Assembly (NCBI GenBank): GCA_023213395.1
Contig: CM041465.1
Span: 227,051,741-227,115,740 of the forward strand
Direction of reading: 5' to 3'
DNA from: Cycas panzhihuaensis
Taxonomy: Eukaryota > Plantae > Cycadophyta
DNA length: 64,000 bases
The notes under the pieces were generated by a model. The model worked only from the letters and a program-made list of their open reading frames with translations. It had not been told where the DNA came from and made no database searches. Numbering within the stretch: the first letter of the stretch is position 1; each line of letters begins with the position of its first letter. This document shows, one piece after another, positions 1 to 12,458 of this stretch. A program made the translations under genes and the position numbers.

Positions 1-1884
1 TTCCCAGGAAAAGTAAATGCGATCAAGGAAGGAAAGAAACGCTAACTAGCAAATGAGATAGCATAAAATATGACACATGCAAGGGACGCTTCTGGGTGGA
101 AGGGGCAACAGGCAACGTTCTCTGGCGTCCGAGTACACAGTAAGCAATAAAGGTCTCCCTCCGAGGGGAGACACCTATATGCAACACAAAGATCTAGCAA
201 TATCTGTCTAACAACATAAACGAGAGTCTAAATGTACATGCGTCGTTGTTAGTCCAATAAGGAAAATACCAAAGAAGAACGATCTAAATGAAAGGAAACA
301 ACAAGGTAAGCCTCGAGTGGCCTCACCGCGCAAATGGTACCCAAACCTCTCCCCAAGAGCCACGGGCGAGGAGAAAGTCAAGACTCAAGGGTGGAAAACT
401 AGTGCAAGAAGGGGCAAGAAAGACCCAAAGACACCCACGGGGAACCGGATGCTACGGGAGCAAACCAACCGGGAGCAAAGGTGGAGCAAGAACCCGTTGG
501 GGCCTATGGATGGCACCCAAACTGAATAAAGGGTCCCAAATCGTGCGCAACTTGTGACAACAGTGGTTTGGGCAACCAAGGGAGCCTTGAACCCTTGTTT
601 GCAAGCCAAGAGTAGCAGGCGAGAGGGAGGCTTTGGAGGGCTTTGAGCCGCTTAGGGAGCGTGGCGGTGGTGCTAATCCACCAGCTCCTCTCCAAAGCCT
701 ATGCAACCTCAACGCCGCCTTGGACAAAGAACGCAGAAGCGGAGGGAGAGTGGCATGCAGCCCCAAGAGGGAAGAAAACCACCTCTCAAGCAACAAATGA
801 GAACAAATAAGCTGAAGTGTAAATATCACCAAAAACAAATACAAAGTGAAGAATACCTGGAAAGGGAGGCAAGGGATTTGCCCCAACCAAAAGATAATAA
901 GAAGGGCCGGAACAAATGCCCAGATCTGAATAGAGCAGCCGGGGGCCCCTGCTATGGAGGTGGAACGGAAACACTGCAAACGGGAGCTCGTGGATCGCCT
1001 GGTAGAAAAGCTGAAACGCCAAAGGAGCCCTCTCAGGCGTTTGAGGGGTCAGAGAATGTCTCACCAAGCCAAAGGAGAGTCAAGGCAGATGAAGAGTGCA
1101 GTCCAGCTTGTCAGCAGCAATGTAAGAGAGCGAGCAGGAGAGTGTTCCTCTTGAGAGTAAATCCAAAAGTGAGCCAAAAAGATCAAAAGAGAGAGAGCTT
1201 CAAAACGAGCCAAAAGATGTTTAAGTACTAAAGCAAAACCCTAAAGTACGCCGAATAGGGCACTACCGGGAGGAGAAAAGGCGCGAACCACGTGGCGGTT
1301 TCGCAATGCGAAATTGCCACATGATTTTAAAAACAAACAGAGACAGTCGTCTGGAAACTTTAGCAGATCATGAATATTCCAAATGATCATGAACATTCCC
1401 GGCAGATCACAAGATTACGGCAGACTGAAGATTACGGCAGATGCACCAGAGACACAAATGGGGCCCACCAACCGGTCAGTGAGGGCAAACGAAAAGGCTA
1501 AAGGACAACTAAAACACCCACCCGGAGCAAACAAGCCAAGAAACGGCCCACGGGAGCGTAAATAGGCCCCCAAATGAGGTGGCAAGCTAACCAAGCGACG
1601 ATGAGGCATCACACGGTGGAGGTGGCGCAAACTCGGTGGATCCGGAGAGAGGAGGCGGATGCGAAGTAATACGGTCACCAAGGTGCCACACTCGCTAAGA
1701 GTGTGCCCCTGTTATAGTCGTCATAGGCTAAACATAGGTGTGGACGACGACCAGGCCGCCCACAAAGTCATACGCATGCAAATATGTAAGCATACAATCA
1801 GTACATAAAAGTGATGATAATGCTAGAGACATACCTGCACTTACCTGAGTCGGTGATTCCGTATCCATTCCCGGAAGCCGAAAC
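1..1884 (-). repeat. 3' LTR of the Tat-like element (partial, at least 1.88 kb)
   Basis: Colinear with 8444-10324; AT-rich stretches are essentially identical. The left boundary is outside the window. Confidence 0.85.
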
Positions 1885-2213
1885 ATCGCCTCGGCAGTGA
1901 GCCTCGCCGCTCGGAAGCCTGATGCGATGGCGAATGCTGGCAACACAACTGTCAGTAGCACATGTGTATATAGATATATCAATCAAGATCGGATCGAGGC
2001 AAGGGTGCCGCGAGTGTCGTGGCGAACGCTGGATACGAAGCGGTGGAGACAACATAGGGGCTACCTATGAGCCACCGAAACCGATCGAGAAAGAGACAGT
2101 AGGGGTCGCCCCACCACAATGAATGCAAAGGAGCATGCAGACCACGTGGGGAACAAATGGTGGGTACCATAGTTTTACCTCGTTAGCAACCCGATTTCGG
2201 AGGTGCGAGCAGA

Positions 2214-2663
2214 TCATGGCGGTTTAGCGACCAATGGCCCCGAGGCTTGGGCGGCAGGAAGGCCAAGCAAGACTCGTGGACGGCCAGGCGAGACAAAGCG
2301 CTCAAGGATGAGGCGAACAAGGCTATCTCCTCGGCATTGAGAGCCCGAGGGATATCGGATATCAACAAGAGAAACGCCAGAGGGATCCGCGGAAGCAAGA
2401 GTCCTCAAGTGAGGGCATCGCACTGTAGACCGGGTGAGATGAGACACCACAACTTGAGAGTCGCAGAGCAAAACAATGGGTCCGCGATGGAAACGAAGGG
2501 CATCGGTAAGGGCTTCGATGACACCAGATACTCGGCTTCATTGTTGGTAGCCTCCGGAGGAAGATCCCGAGCGAGGAGATCATAACGTAAGGGTCATGAG
2601 AATCCACGCAGTGAAGGTTCAGGGTTACCGCGCTCCGCCTGGGTAGAAGATGTAGATGCACAT
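2214..2663 (-). CDS. Archaeal-type RNase HI (aRH / RVT_3-like), separate ORF downstream of pol, frameshifted as assembled
   Basis: Motifs read across frames: RGNP (~2620), ISSLGIFL, ATNNEAEY (2528-2551), LCDSQVVVSHL (ORF 2214-2471), IPRALNAE and DSLVRLIL. Confidence 0.8.
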
Positions 2664-2827
2664 AGGTGACACAAAATCCAAGCGGATGATCGGATGAAGG
2701 CAACACTTAGAAAATGCAGACAATGTGGCCATCAAGGGTAGGAGGACCTAGAATGAGGCGCCCAGAGCGGGCCACAGCAGATGAACATGGATGGATAGTT
2801 TGGCGAGGAAAGCACGGGCCTGTGGGG

Positions 2828-2838
2828 TCATATATAGG
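2828..2838 (-). promoter_or_regulatory. Candidate internal TATA box upstream of the aRH ORF
   Basis: CCTATATATGA on minus, ~165 bp upstream of ATG 2663 and followed by a pyrimidine-rich leader. Motif only. Confidence 0.3.
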
Positions 2839-3356
2839 ACCATATGATTGTACCCCCCGCAAGGACACCGCTTCCGTGATGTATGATGACATGATTTTGA
2901 TATGTATATATGCATGGGGTGAGTGTTATGTTGTGTAGTAGGTGATTCATGTTATGAACATTTTATTGTATGATGCACACGTTTCCTTCCATGTATAACC
3001 ACACACCTAACAGGGGCACACACACACGCCGTGAGCGGGACGACATGGAGGTGTGAGGTTAGGAAGCAGGGTGGCATACATGTCTGCAGGAGAGCATAAC
3101 GGGATATGCGAAGGAAACGCCAGACAGGAAAGAGGGGCAACAATGCCCCCAAGCGTCCTCCCGGTTGGGAGATGCCCAAGCGAGAGGACCAAGGTTCCCG
3201 AGAGGATACGGGAACGCGGGTTCCACGGACGGAACTAGAGAGACAAAGCGGGGTCCATCTTAAATAGCCATTCTACACGCGGCTGGGAAGAATGGGGACA
3301 ACCTAAGATGGTAGTTTAGGCTCGTTTCGGAGAAGGGCGAGGGGATCGCCGAAGGG

Positions 3357-6300
3357 TCAAGCGTAAAACTTCTTAAGGAACATCCCATTAATCTTTCTCA
3401 AATTCGAGCCTCCGTGGTGGCTATCCTATAGGCACCATTATCGAGAGATTCGATAATGACAAAGGACCGACCCACCGGGTTGGAATTTGGTCAAACGGTC
3501 ATGGAGATATTCGAGCTTGAGGACATAGTCCCCGGAAACAAAGGCGGGAACGCAGTGTTTATCGTGGAAATCGACAAGATATGCGGATTGCCCGCTCTTT
3601 TTGGCAACGGAACAATATTAGAGACCCACTTAGGGTAATCAATAGAAGTAACAAGCCCAAGATCCGTAAGCTTTTCAACCTCCATCTTCGACGGCAGAGC
3701 TTGGTGAAGAGGATCGCCGCGCACAGACAGGCGCCAGAAGGGTGGTGAGGTTATGGGTGACAATCGAGGGTCGATTCCCTTCATGTCAAGATAATCCCAC
3801 GCGAAAATGTCTCGAAATTCACGGAGCAGAAGGAATATTCCCTAATCTCATCAGAGAGCATTCGCCCCAACCCTAATGACCTTGCTCGGGGCCAAGACTA
3901 CGTCTTGAATTCCCCCCATGCACATGGCATTGCCCTCTTCAAAGTGAAGAGGGGCAAGATCAACAGGAGGAGGAGGAATAGGAGGGATCGGATCGGCGTG
4001 GATCCGATCGCAAGGATCTTCCTGTGGACCGAGTGGTGACCGAAGGCGATTAGGTGCAAGGCCCGGGTGCTCCAATAGGCTTCATCATCCTCGAAATAGT
4101 CCACCCATGGATGACCCTATTTCGAGTAGAAGAAGCGCTAGAAGGGAAAGGAGCAACGGACCGGGTGATCATCGGATCGCTCAACTCCTTCATGGAAACC
4201 AAGGAAAACTGAAAGAGGCTCCTCGAGAGGAGCGAAGGCAATTCCTCAAAACCATCACTGCGGGGTAATGAAAAGAAGAACTGACGGCAAGTGTCAAGAC
4301 GAGCGATGGTGTGTGACACGACGAGGGCTAGTCTCACCAACGAGAGAGGTTCCAAACGAGGGTCTAGAGCGAGACAGTGCACTATGGCGCGAAGGAAAGA
4401 AATGGGGTGGAGACAACCTCGTCTCGTCAGCGATTCATCATCGAACGGGCAAGGTACCCATGACTCCCGACGCCAATAGGGGCAAAAGCGTCGAGACTAG
4501 GAAGGGAAGATGTGGGATCTTCTTCGACGGATTGGGTATACCAATTGAACAAGCCGAGGCGTGAGTGGGTGAACCTTGGTTTCTTAGAATTGGCATAACG
4601 AGTTTGTTTGGCAAAGGACGTTCACGGGAACCACTCTCATTCGTCCGTCATGGACGAATTTAAGTCCCAAAGGGTCGAACACACGGCTCCCATTTGGTCG
4701 AGCCATGGGCGACCTAGAAGGAGGTTGTAATCCACGTCAACGTCGAGGACTACAACATCGGCAAGAACGGTTTTGCCCCCAAGGGTGAGCGGAATCGCGG
4801 CAGGTCCGAGAGGGGTCTTCTCACTACCGTCATACCCTTGGCATCGCCAGGGAACGGGTTCCAAGGCGGAGATACCAAGCTCTTGCATAACACGCAAGGG
4901 CATGGCATTGACGGAAGAGCCGTTGTCGACAACAGTTCTTCGGAGGGTACAATCAGCGACGATCGTGATGGTGAATGGGAAGTTCCACCGACGTTCCTGC
5001 TCACCGTGAGGAAGATCCTTAGGATCGAAGGAAATAGTGGGTCCGCCACCTTGGGCGACGCCCAAAGCGTGGGCAGCACATCTCCCGATCCTAAAGCTTC
5101 CAGGAGGAGGGCCGTTACTCGGGACAACTCCTCGGCGTCCATCAAGGACATTCTGCGGCAATGACGTATGGAGCTCGTCCACGACAGAGAAGGGTTTACC
5201 CTTCCCGGTGGGTTGGGTAAGTGCCCTTGAAAGTCGTAACGACCGCCACGTGAATAGCCTTGGGGAAAGAGGGATTTCGAGGAAGGGTCTCCTAAGGGGA
5301 TCGGAAGGACGGAAGAACCGCAGCCTCCGCCGCTTCCTTAGCAGCTTGAGATCGCGTAGGGCGAAAGTCGAGTTGCTTCAAGCAACCGAATCACCTTCTT
5401 CCCCTATTCCGGTCGTGAAGGCGACGAGTACGGCCAGGAGAACGAGAAGAGGAAGAAGAGTTAAGGCCCCTTCCCTTTGTCGCGGAAGGGCGGGGATCAG
5501 GTGATCTTCCTCGGTTACGGTTGTTCTTGGTTTGGGGGTTGCGATCACGTTCCCCATGTTTAGGGAACGGATCCTTGTGAACAGGTTGGTCTAGATTAGG
5601 CCTTGAGGCCCGTTTGGGAGAGGAATCGCGTCAAGGGGCATCCTTTGGATGCTGGGCCCTACAACGTGAATCGTCATGGAAGCAATCCCCATGAATGGAA
5701 CACCACTTCTTCTCAAGCGGAGGGTCAGACCTTCTCGCTTGGGAGGGCTGCGTTCCCATTCACAGGAAGAGGAGCTTGGGTAGTTTGTTGGACTTGTTTG
5801 TTTGAAGTAGGAGACGAAGGACCTTGAAGCTTGAGCTCCTTCATCGTGCCTTCGAGCAGGCGTATTGATGAGGGGATCTAAGGTCCTCTCGGTAGGATGA
5901 GAGGAAGACCGCGTCGGCTGAGAAGGTTTAGCGTCTTTGGTAAGGGTGGTGCCTCACGTTGTGAGGGCTTAAGAGGTTTCTTGAGACCGCCTTGGATCTC
6001 AATAGCCTCCAACGCCAAGCACTTGGCGATCATGGAATCACACGTGGTCGCCCCATCTTGAGGACTTCCACGTGGACTTGGACGGTGCATTGACAAACAG
6101 TCCCGCCTTGACTCCTCGCAAAGTCGCCTTGGTGGAGTGAAGCGGATCGTGGAATCGCCGCACAAAGTCACGATTCATCTCATCGTGACCTTGTTTGAGC
6201 GAGAGAAGGGATTTCATCCCGCCTCGAATGGGCGAAGCTACATCAAAGTAATTGATGAACTCGCCCACCAATTCTTTGGAATGAATAGGATCGAGTGGGC

Positions 6301-7900
6301 GGGGAGACGATAAAACCATTTAAGGGCGTCACCACCGCAAGGATCGAGGAAAGAGTTTCATCAAAATATGGTCGTAAGCCCGATGTCGATGCATGCCATA
6401 GAGAAACTACGGACATGCTCATTGGGTCTTCTGACGAAGTCCCATCGAATCTAGGAACTTCGTGAGGATGAGGCGCAAGTTGGTTCGCAACGCCTCGAGA
6501 GAGGGTTGACCTAAAGTCCACGAAGGCGCCCTTGCACGAACCGTAGGATCAACGAACGTCGGTAGGTGGCGCGCAAGGAGGCGGATGGGGTAGGACACCC
6601 ATCCCTCCTTGAGGAACCACCCTGGCGACAAGGCGGGAAAAGGGCGCCTTGGAAGGGAGTCGATTCCCTTGCGAAGGCACAACTGGATGGAACCGCATTG
6701 GATGGCGGACAAGAGGGATGCGGGCAGGTTACGCCCATATGGGCCACCCGTAGGTGGGGCCATTCCGTATGGGTGTAGCGGATCCACCCCATAAACAGAA
6801 GACGGCTTCTACCCGCCCCTTTGGTGAGAAGTATACCGGGGAACGTAGAAAGAAGCACCAACGCTACTGGTTGGGTTGGAGGATGCGTGGAACAGATCCC
6901 ACCGACCGGCGGTGGAAGGCTAGCAGGCGACTAGGCCTCTTAGGAGCGAGATGTGCCAGATTAGGGGACGACACATTAGTTGGATCGGGAACGGGTATGC
7001 TAACCCCCAGCTGAGGGACAGACACACCGTGAGAAGGCCTTAAGGCATTAGGGCCTTGACAAGGGATGGAAGGTGCCACACGTGCCCCCACTGCAGGAAA
7101 CGAATGGGGCGTACGCGTAGGCACGAAAGGGTTTGTTGTCACAGGAAAGGCGGACGAGGATGAAGCGTGAGGGGGAAGAGCAGGGGAGGAAGAGGCTCCG
7201 TCGCGGGACACCCTCAAGCCATTCGGGACGTGGTTGAGAGCATCTTGCCGCGGCATCCGTCAAGAGCCTCAAGCACGTCAACAGAGGAGTCCCCACATAC
7301 CCATAAGAGGTGATCGGGACCTCGAACAAGGCATGTCCATCGAAGGTTCCTCATAAAATCGCCCCGCGTGGCAATCCTCAGGAGGAACGGATCCCTCTAC
7401 AGCGTGGGTAGAAGGATGGGGAGCACAAGAAAGGTGTTGATCGATCGGGTAGTAAAGGAGTCACCCTCTTGGGTGGACTCGAATGATGTAAGGAAGAGCT
7501 TGGGTTTCCATAACCGAAGCGTGGTAGGTCCAATCGGAAGAGTACCCTTCCATAGTCGGATCGGGATCCGACGAGGCAAGAAGGCTATACTCGGGGTCTT
7601 CTAACAAAGGAGGTAAGCAGTACGACGAGAGAAACGGGCGCATGCAAGGTCGACCAACGATGTCGAAAAGAGAAGGAACCAGTATAACACGCTGCGTTGG
7701 GGTCGCCCAACGTGGAGGTCAAGACAGTATAGAAAGGATCACACAGAGTAGCGAAACCAACCAAGAGGCGAGACTAGCTCCCTTCTTGGCGGTCCCAGTA
7801 TGGTTGCTGTGGACGCCTGCTACGGGATAACCGACCGATAAGGCGCGGGAGAGATGGTGACGAAACGGTAGGAAGTGGAACCTACAAGGCAAGCAACTAC
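3357..7900 (-). pseudogene. Frameshifted gag-protease-(RT N-term/INT C-term fusion) polyprotein; start approximate
   Basis: Gag core PRFDG..DP and SLKQGHDE (6100-6500). Protease VVDNGSSVNAMP..YNLLLGRPWL (ORF 4637-5182). RT start FAWDYLDMKGIDP..YPKWVSNIVP (3600-3840). INT tail GPFVIIESLDNGAY..INGMFLKKFYA* ending at 3357. Confidence 0.85.
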
Positions 7901-8443
7901 CACGCAGGCGCCCTGCGGGAGCGCGAGTTCGGGATCCGCAATGGAGTATGGCTACTCTTGGGTGACCCTTCACCGCCTTGAGCGAAGGGCGAAGATACGT
8001 GGGGCAACCCGGGTTGACACAGGAGTAGGCCCTCCCACCCTTGGGTGGCCGGAAGGAGAGAGAAAGAACCTAACAAGGATAGGCCAAGAACAATCCTATG
8101 CAATCTAACTGTATACGACGATGCGGAAGCAAGCTCGTGCGGTTAGGAAGAGGAGGAAGGGTAAGGGGAAGAAGACTCCTACAACCTTTCCTACGAATAA
8201 CAAAAGTACATGCAACAAGGCAAACAAATCGCAAACCAATACGAAAAGGCAATTTTCCCTTTTAATCTTTCGATGTTCTAATTACTAGGAAAAGAATAAA
8301 AGAAGGAAAAAGACCAGTGCGAAGGGGAACAAAGCGTGCACCGGGCCAAGGCGTGAGAGATGGCGTAGCCTTCAGAAGAGCACCCAACCACTCACGCAGT
8401 CTGGGATGTGAAATGTAGCGGCAAACGAAGGGGCTTCCTTACC

Positions 8444-10324
8444 TTCCCGGGAAAAGTAAATGCGATATCAAGGAAGGAAAGAAACGCTAACTAGCAAATG
8501 AGATAGCATAAAATATGACACATGCAAGGGACGCTTCACGGTGGAAGGGGCACCGCAACGCTCTCCGCGTCCGAGTACCATAAGCAACAAAGGTCTCCCT
8601 CCTGCCGAGGAGAGACACCTATATGCAACACAAAGATCTAGCAATATATGTCTAACAACATAAACGAGAGTCTAAATGTACATGCGGTGTTAGTCCAATA
8701 AGGAAAATACCAAAGAAGAACGATCTAAATGAAAGGAAACAACAAGGTAAGCCTCGAGTGGCTCACCGCCCGCAAATGGTACCCAAACCTCTCCCCAAGA
8801 GCCACAGGCGTGAGGAGAAAGTCAAGACTCAAGGCCGGAAAACTACCGCAAGAAGGGGCAAGAAAGACCCAAAGACACCCACGGGAACCGGATGCTACGG
8901 GAGCAAACCGCAACCGGGAGCAAAGGTGGAGCAAGAACCCGCGGTTGGGGCCTATGGATGGCACCCAAACTGAATAAAGGGTCCCAAATCAGCGCAACTT
9001 GTGGCAGTGGTTTGGGCAACCAAGGAGCCTTCAACCCTTGTTTGCAAGCCAAGAGTAGCACGGGCGAGAGGGAGGCTTTGGAGGGCTTTGAGCCGCTTAG
9101 GGAGGCGTGGCGGTGGTGCGAATCCACCCGGCTCCTCTCCAAAGCCTATGCAACCCTCAACGCCGCCTTGGGCCAAAGAACGCAGTAAGAAGCGGAGGGA
9201 GAGTGGTATGCCAGCCCCCAAGAGGGAAGAAACCACCTCTCAAGCAACAAATGAGAACAAATAAGTCAAGTGTAAATATCACCAAAACAAATACAAAGTG
9301 AAGAATACGGAAAGGGAGGCAAGGGATTTGCCCGACCAAAGATGAAGAAGGGCCGGAACAAATGCAGAGACTGAATAGAGCAGCCGGGGCCCCTGTATGG
9401 AGGTGGAACGGAAACACCTGCAAACGGGAGCTCGTGGATCGCCTGGTAGAAAAGCAGTGAAACCGCTTCAAAGGAGCCCTCTCAAGGCGTTTGAGGGTGA
9501 GAGAATGTCTCGGCCAAGCCAAAGGAGAGTCGGCGCCAGATAAGAGTGCAGGTCCAGTTGTTGCAGCAAACAGCAGAAGAGAGCAGAGCAGGAGAGTGTT
9601 CCTCTTGAGAGTAAATCCAAAAGTGAGCCAAAAAGATCAAAAGAGAGAGAGCTTCAAAACGAGCCAAAAGATGTTTAAGTACTAAAGCAAAACCCTAAAG
9701 TACGCGAATAGGGCACTACCGAGGGAGAAAAGGCGAACCACGTGGCGGTTTAACAATGCGAAATTGCCACATGGATTTTAAAAACAAACAGAGACAGTCG
9801 TACCGCGGAAACTTTAGCGAAATCAAGCAGATCACAAGAAACCGTGCAGATCACAAGATTACGGGCAGATGCACCAGAGACACAAAGGGGGCCCACCAAC
9901 CGTCCAGTCGGGGCAAACGGCGAAAAGGCTAAAGGACAACTAAAACACCCACCCGGGAGCAAACAAGCCAAGAAACGGGCCCACGGGAGCAGAAATAGGC
10001 CCCCAAATGAGGTGGCAAGCTAACCAAGCGACGATGAGGCATCACACGGGTGGAGGTGGCGCAAACCCGGTGGATCCAAGAGAGAGGAGGGCAGATGCGA
10101 AGTAATGTCGGTCACCAAGGTGCCACACTCGCTAAGAGTGTGCCCCTGCTATAGTCGTCATAGGCTAAACATAGGTGTGGACGACGACCAGGCCACCCAC
10201 AAAGTCATACGCATGCAAATATGTAAGCAGACAATCAGTACATAAAAGTGATGATAATGCTAGAGACATACCTGCACTTACCTGAGTCGGTGATTCCGTA
10301 TCCATTCCCGGAAGCCGGGAAACA
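8444..10324 (-). repeat. 5' LTR of the Tat-like element (inner boundary not resolved)
   Basis: Match to 1-1884. Minus strand starts TGTTTCCCGG. TATA-like TACTTAAA near 9674-9681 is followed by a CT-rich tract. No clear PBS found. Confidence 0.8.
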
Positions 10325-11888
10325 TAATCCTTTCCAAAATCATCACAATAATGTTTACAACATTTATTTACAAATTCTTGGAAGTGTATCTTGATGGCTA
10401 GAGCATATTTAGATTGTTGAAGGATTATGTAGTTAGCTTAGGGCTTATCCTTCAAAGATGTGATGAAGTAGGAATATCTTTAAATCTAGACAAATGCTAA
10501 TTTTTGGTTCCTTTTAACATCTTATTGGGACATTTTATTTGTAAGGAAAGATTGTTGATTGATCTAGAAAGGTCCAAGTTATTCTAAATTTAAAACCACC
10601 TACAAACCCAATGATGGTCAAGTAATTCTTAGGATACAAAGGGTATCGTAGAAACTTTATTAAGGGGTATATAACCATTGTTACCCCCATGGAGAAGTTG
10701 ATTCATAAAGATATACCTTTTATTTAGTCAAAGGAATGCCATACAATGTTTGAAATATTAAAACAAAATCTTGTCGATGCACCCATTTTAAACTTTTCAA
10801 ATTGGAATAAGATTTTTCATGTTCATGTTGATGCATTAGGAATAATTATAGGTGAAATCCTTGCACAACCCAATAAAATAGTCATTGATCATTCAGTCAT
10901 ATTTTTTAATAGAGGATTAACCTAAGCAGAGAGGAATTATATAATAATAAAATAAGAAAGGTTGACCTTGATGTATATGCTTTAAAAGTTTCAACATTCT
11001 TTATTGGTTAATTTCTTTCATTTTTACACAGGGCATCATCAAGGTTTAACATACTTAGTTAATAAACCTATTCTCCAAGGTCAAATAAATAAATAGGCCT
11101 TATTATTCTAGTAGTATAACTTCTAAATCTTCTTGAAGCCTAGCAAGGCATATGTAGCTCTTGATTATTTATCTAGGATCATTATAGGAGAAGCACCTAT
11201 TGACATTGAAGATAATATTCTAAATATAAGGATTTATAAATTTGATGTGCTCTAAATGAATTTCAATACATCATAATTTTTGTTTACAGACATGACCAAT
11301 ACCCTCAACTTTATCAATAAATAAGAAGAAAGCTTTAGTAATAAAGAGTACCACTAGTAGTTGGTAGAATTATAACAGTATAAACTTAGTCCAAATTTGA
11401 TATTATAACAATGCATTCTATAGTAGGAATGAAAGATGATTTTAATCCTATCACATAAGGGTTTGTTAAGGTAACACCTCATTAGAGAATCACTTGCCCA
11501 ATTTTTTTGTAATTTGATCTTTAGTGGCATATGGTATTTAATCACTATCATATGTAGTCTCAAAGGTGTGATATTAGCTAATGAGTTGGCTAATCTCATA
11601 ATACCAATTTTCCCCCAATTAATTCCATCACTAAAGCCACACCATTTACAAAATAGGGAATAAACTTTGTTGGTCCCATAAGTCCAATAGCAATAAGAGT
11701 CAAACCTTGATATATCATTATAGCTACAAACTATATGACCAACTAGATAGAAGCTAAGGTAACATGAGATTACACATCATCGACTATAGCTAATTTCTTA
11801 TTTAAATTTATTTTTGTAAGATTTGGATGCCCATTAGAGTTAGTGAGTGATTATGGCATTCATTTTATTAATCAAATTAACAAGCATA
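10325..11888 (+). pseudogene. Host non-chromovirus Gypsy pol, piece 1 (RT C-half, RNase H, INT N-half), heavily decayed
   Basis: KFLEVYLD (RT), FHVHVDA..AERNY..YLVNKP..DYLSR (RH), and INFVGPI..RFGCPLELVSD (INT), with many stops. Confidence 0.85.
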
Positions 11889-12458
11889 TGTTACATAACA
11901 ATTACACCTAATAGAATATGAGTATTTATGCATATGATCAAGGTGGATAAAGGATAATGTTAATTATTAATATGTGTGCACAAGTTGCAAAAGTCTACTA
12001 GTGGGATTTAAGGCTAAATGACTTGCTAATAGAATTCTATAGGAAGTGGCCACTTTGCCTATTTAAGGTTGAATATTTATAAGGGGAGTTTTATATTTTT
12101 AAGTTCATTTATATTATTATACCTTGTATGACTTTGGTGTCTATTTTGATGCTCTTAAAAGTGTCCTTTATCCTCTTGTAATTTCTTCTTGAATAAAATC
12201 TATTAATAGAAAAAATTATTGGCTACTCTATTATGATTATTTTTGAGCTCCTTATTACAAGTTGGTGTAAAATTACTAGTTGTAACCACTCCAAGTGATA
12301 TTAGAGCTAAGTTTATATCCACCCAAAGAAGTTAATTAATAGGAGGAGCATAAAAATTAAGATTTTTTATTTTCCTCTTAGTGAACTTCTAAAAACCCTC
12401 TCCCACTTTCATTTTTATTTTTTGTGCTACTATTATTTTTTTAAATCTTATAATCAAC

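Larger units (their letters stand above)
1..10324 (-). mobile_element. Young GC-rich Ty3/Gypsy Tat-like LTR retrotransposon, internally deleted (non-autonomous); runs off the left edge
   Basis: Direct repeats 1-1884 and 8444-10324 both end in ...AAACA (TGTTT on minus). Between them the minus strand carries gag, protease, RT N-terminus, INT C-terminus and aRH motifs. Sequence switches abruptly to AT-rich host RT at 10325. Confidence 0.9.

Noticed and set aside
288-1231. ORFs up to 176 aa in the LTR, with counterparts at 8725-9685
   Set aside because: No recognisable domain, frames are not conserved between the two LTR copies, and they are expected in GC-rich sequence.
2247-2585. Plus-strand 112-aa ORF as an antisense accessory gene
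   Set aside because: It is the shadow of the minus-strand aRH coding sequence.
7702-7717. CGCCCAACGTGG resembling a tRNA-Lys PBS
   Set aside because: Wrong strand for the element and not adjacent to an LTR end.
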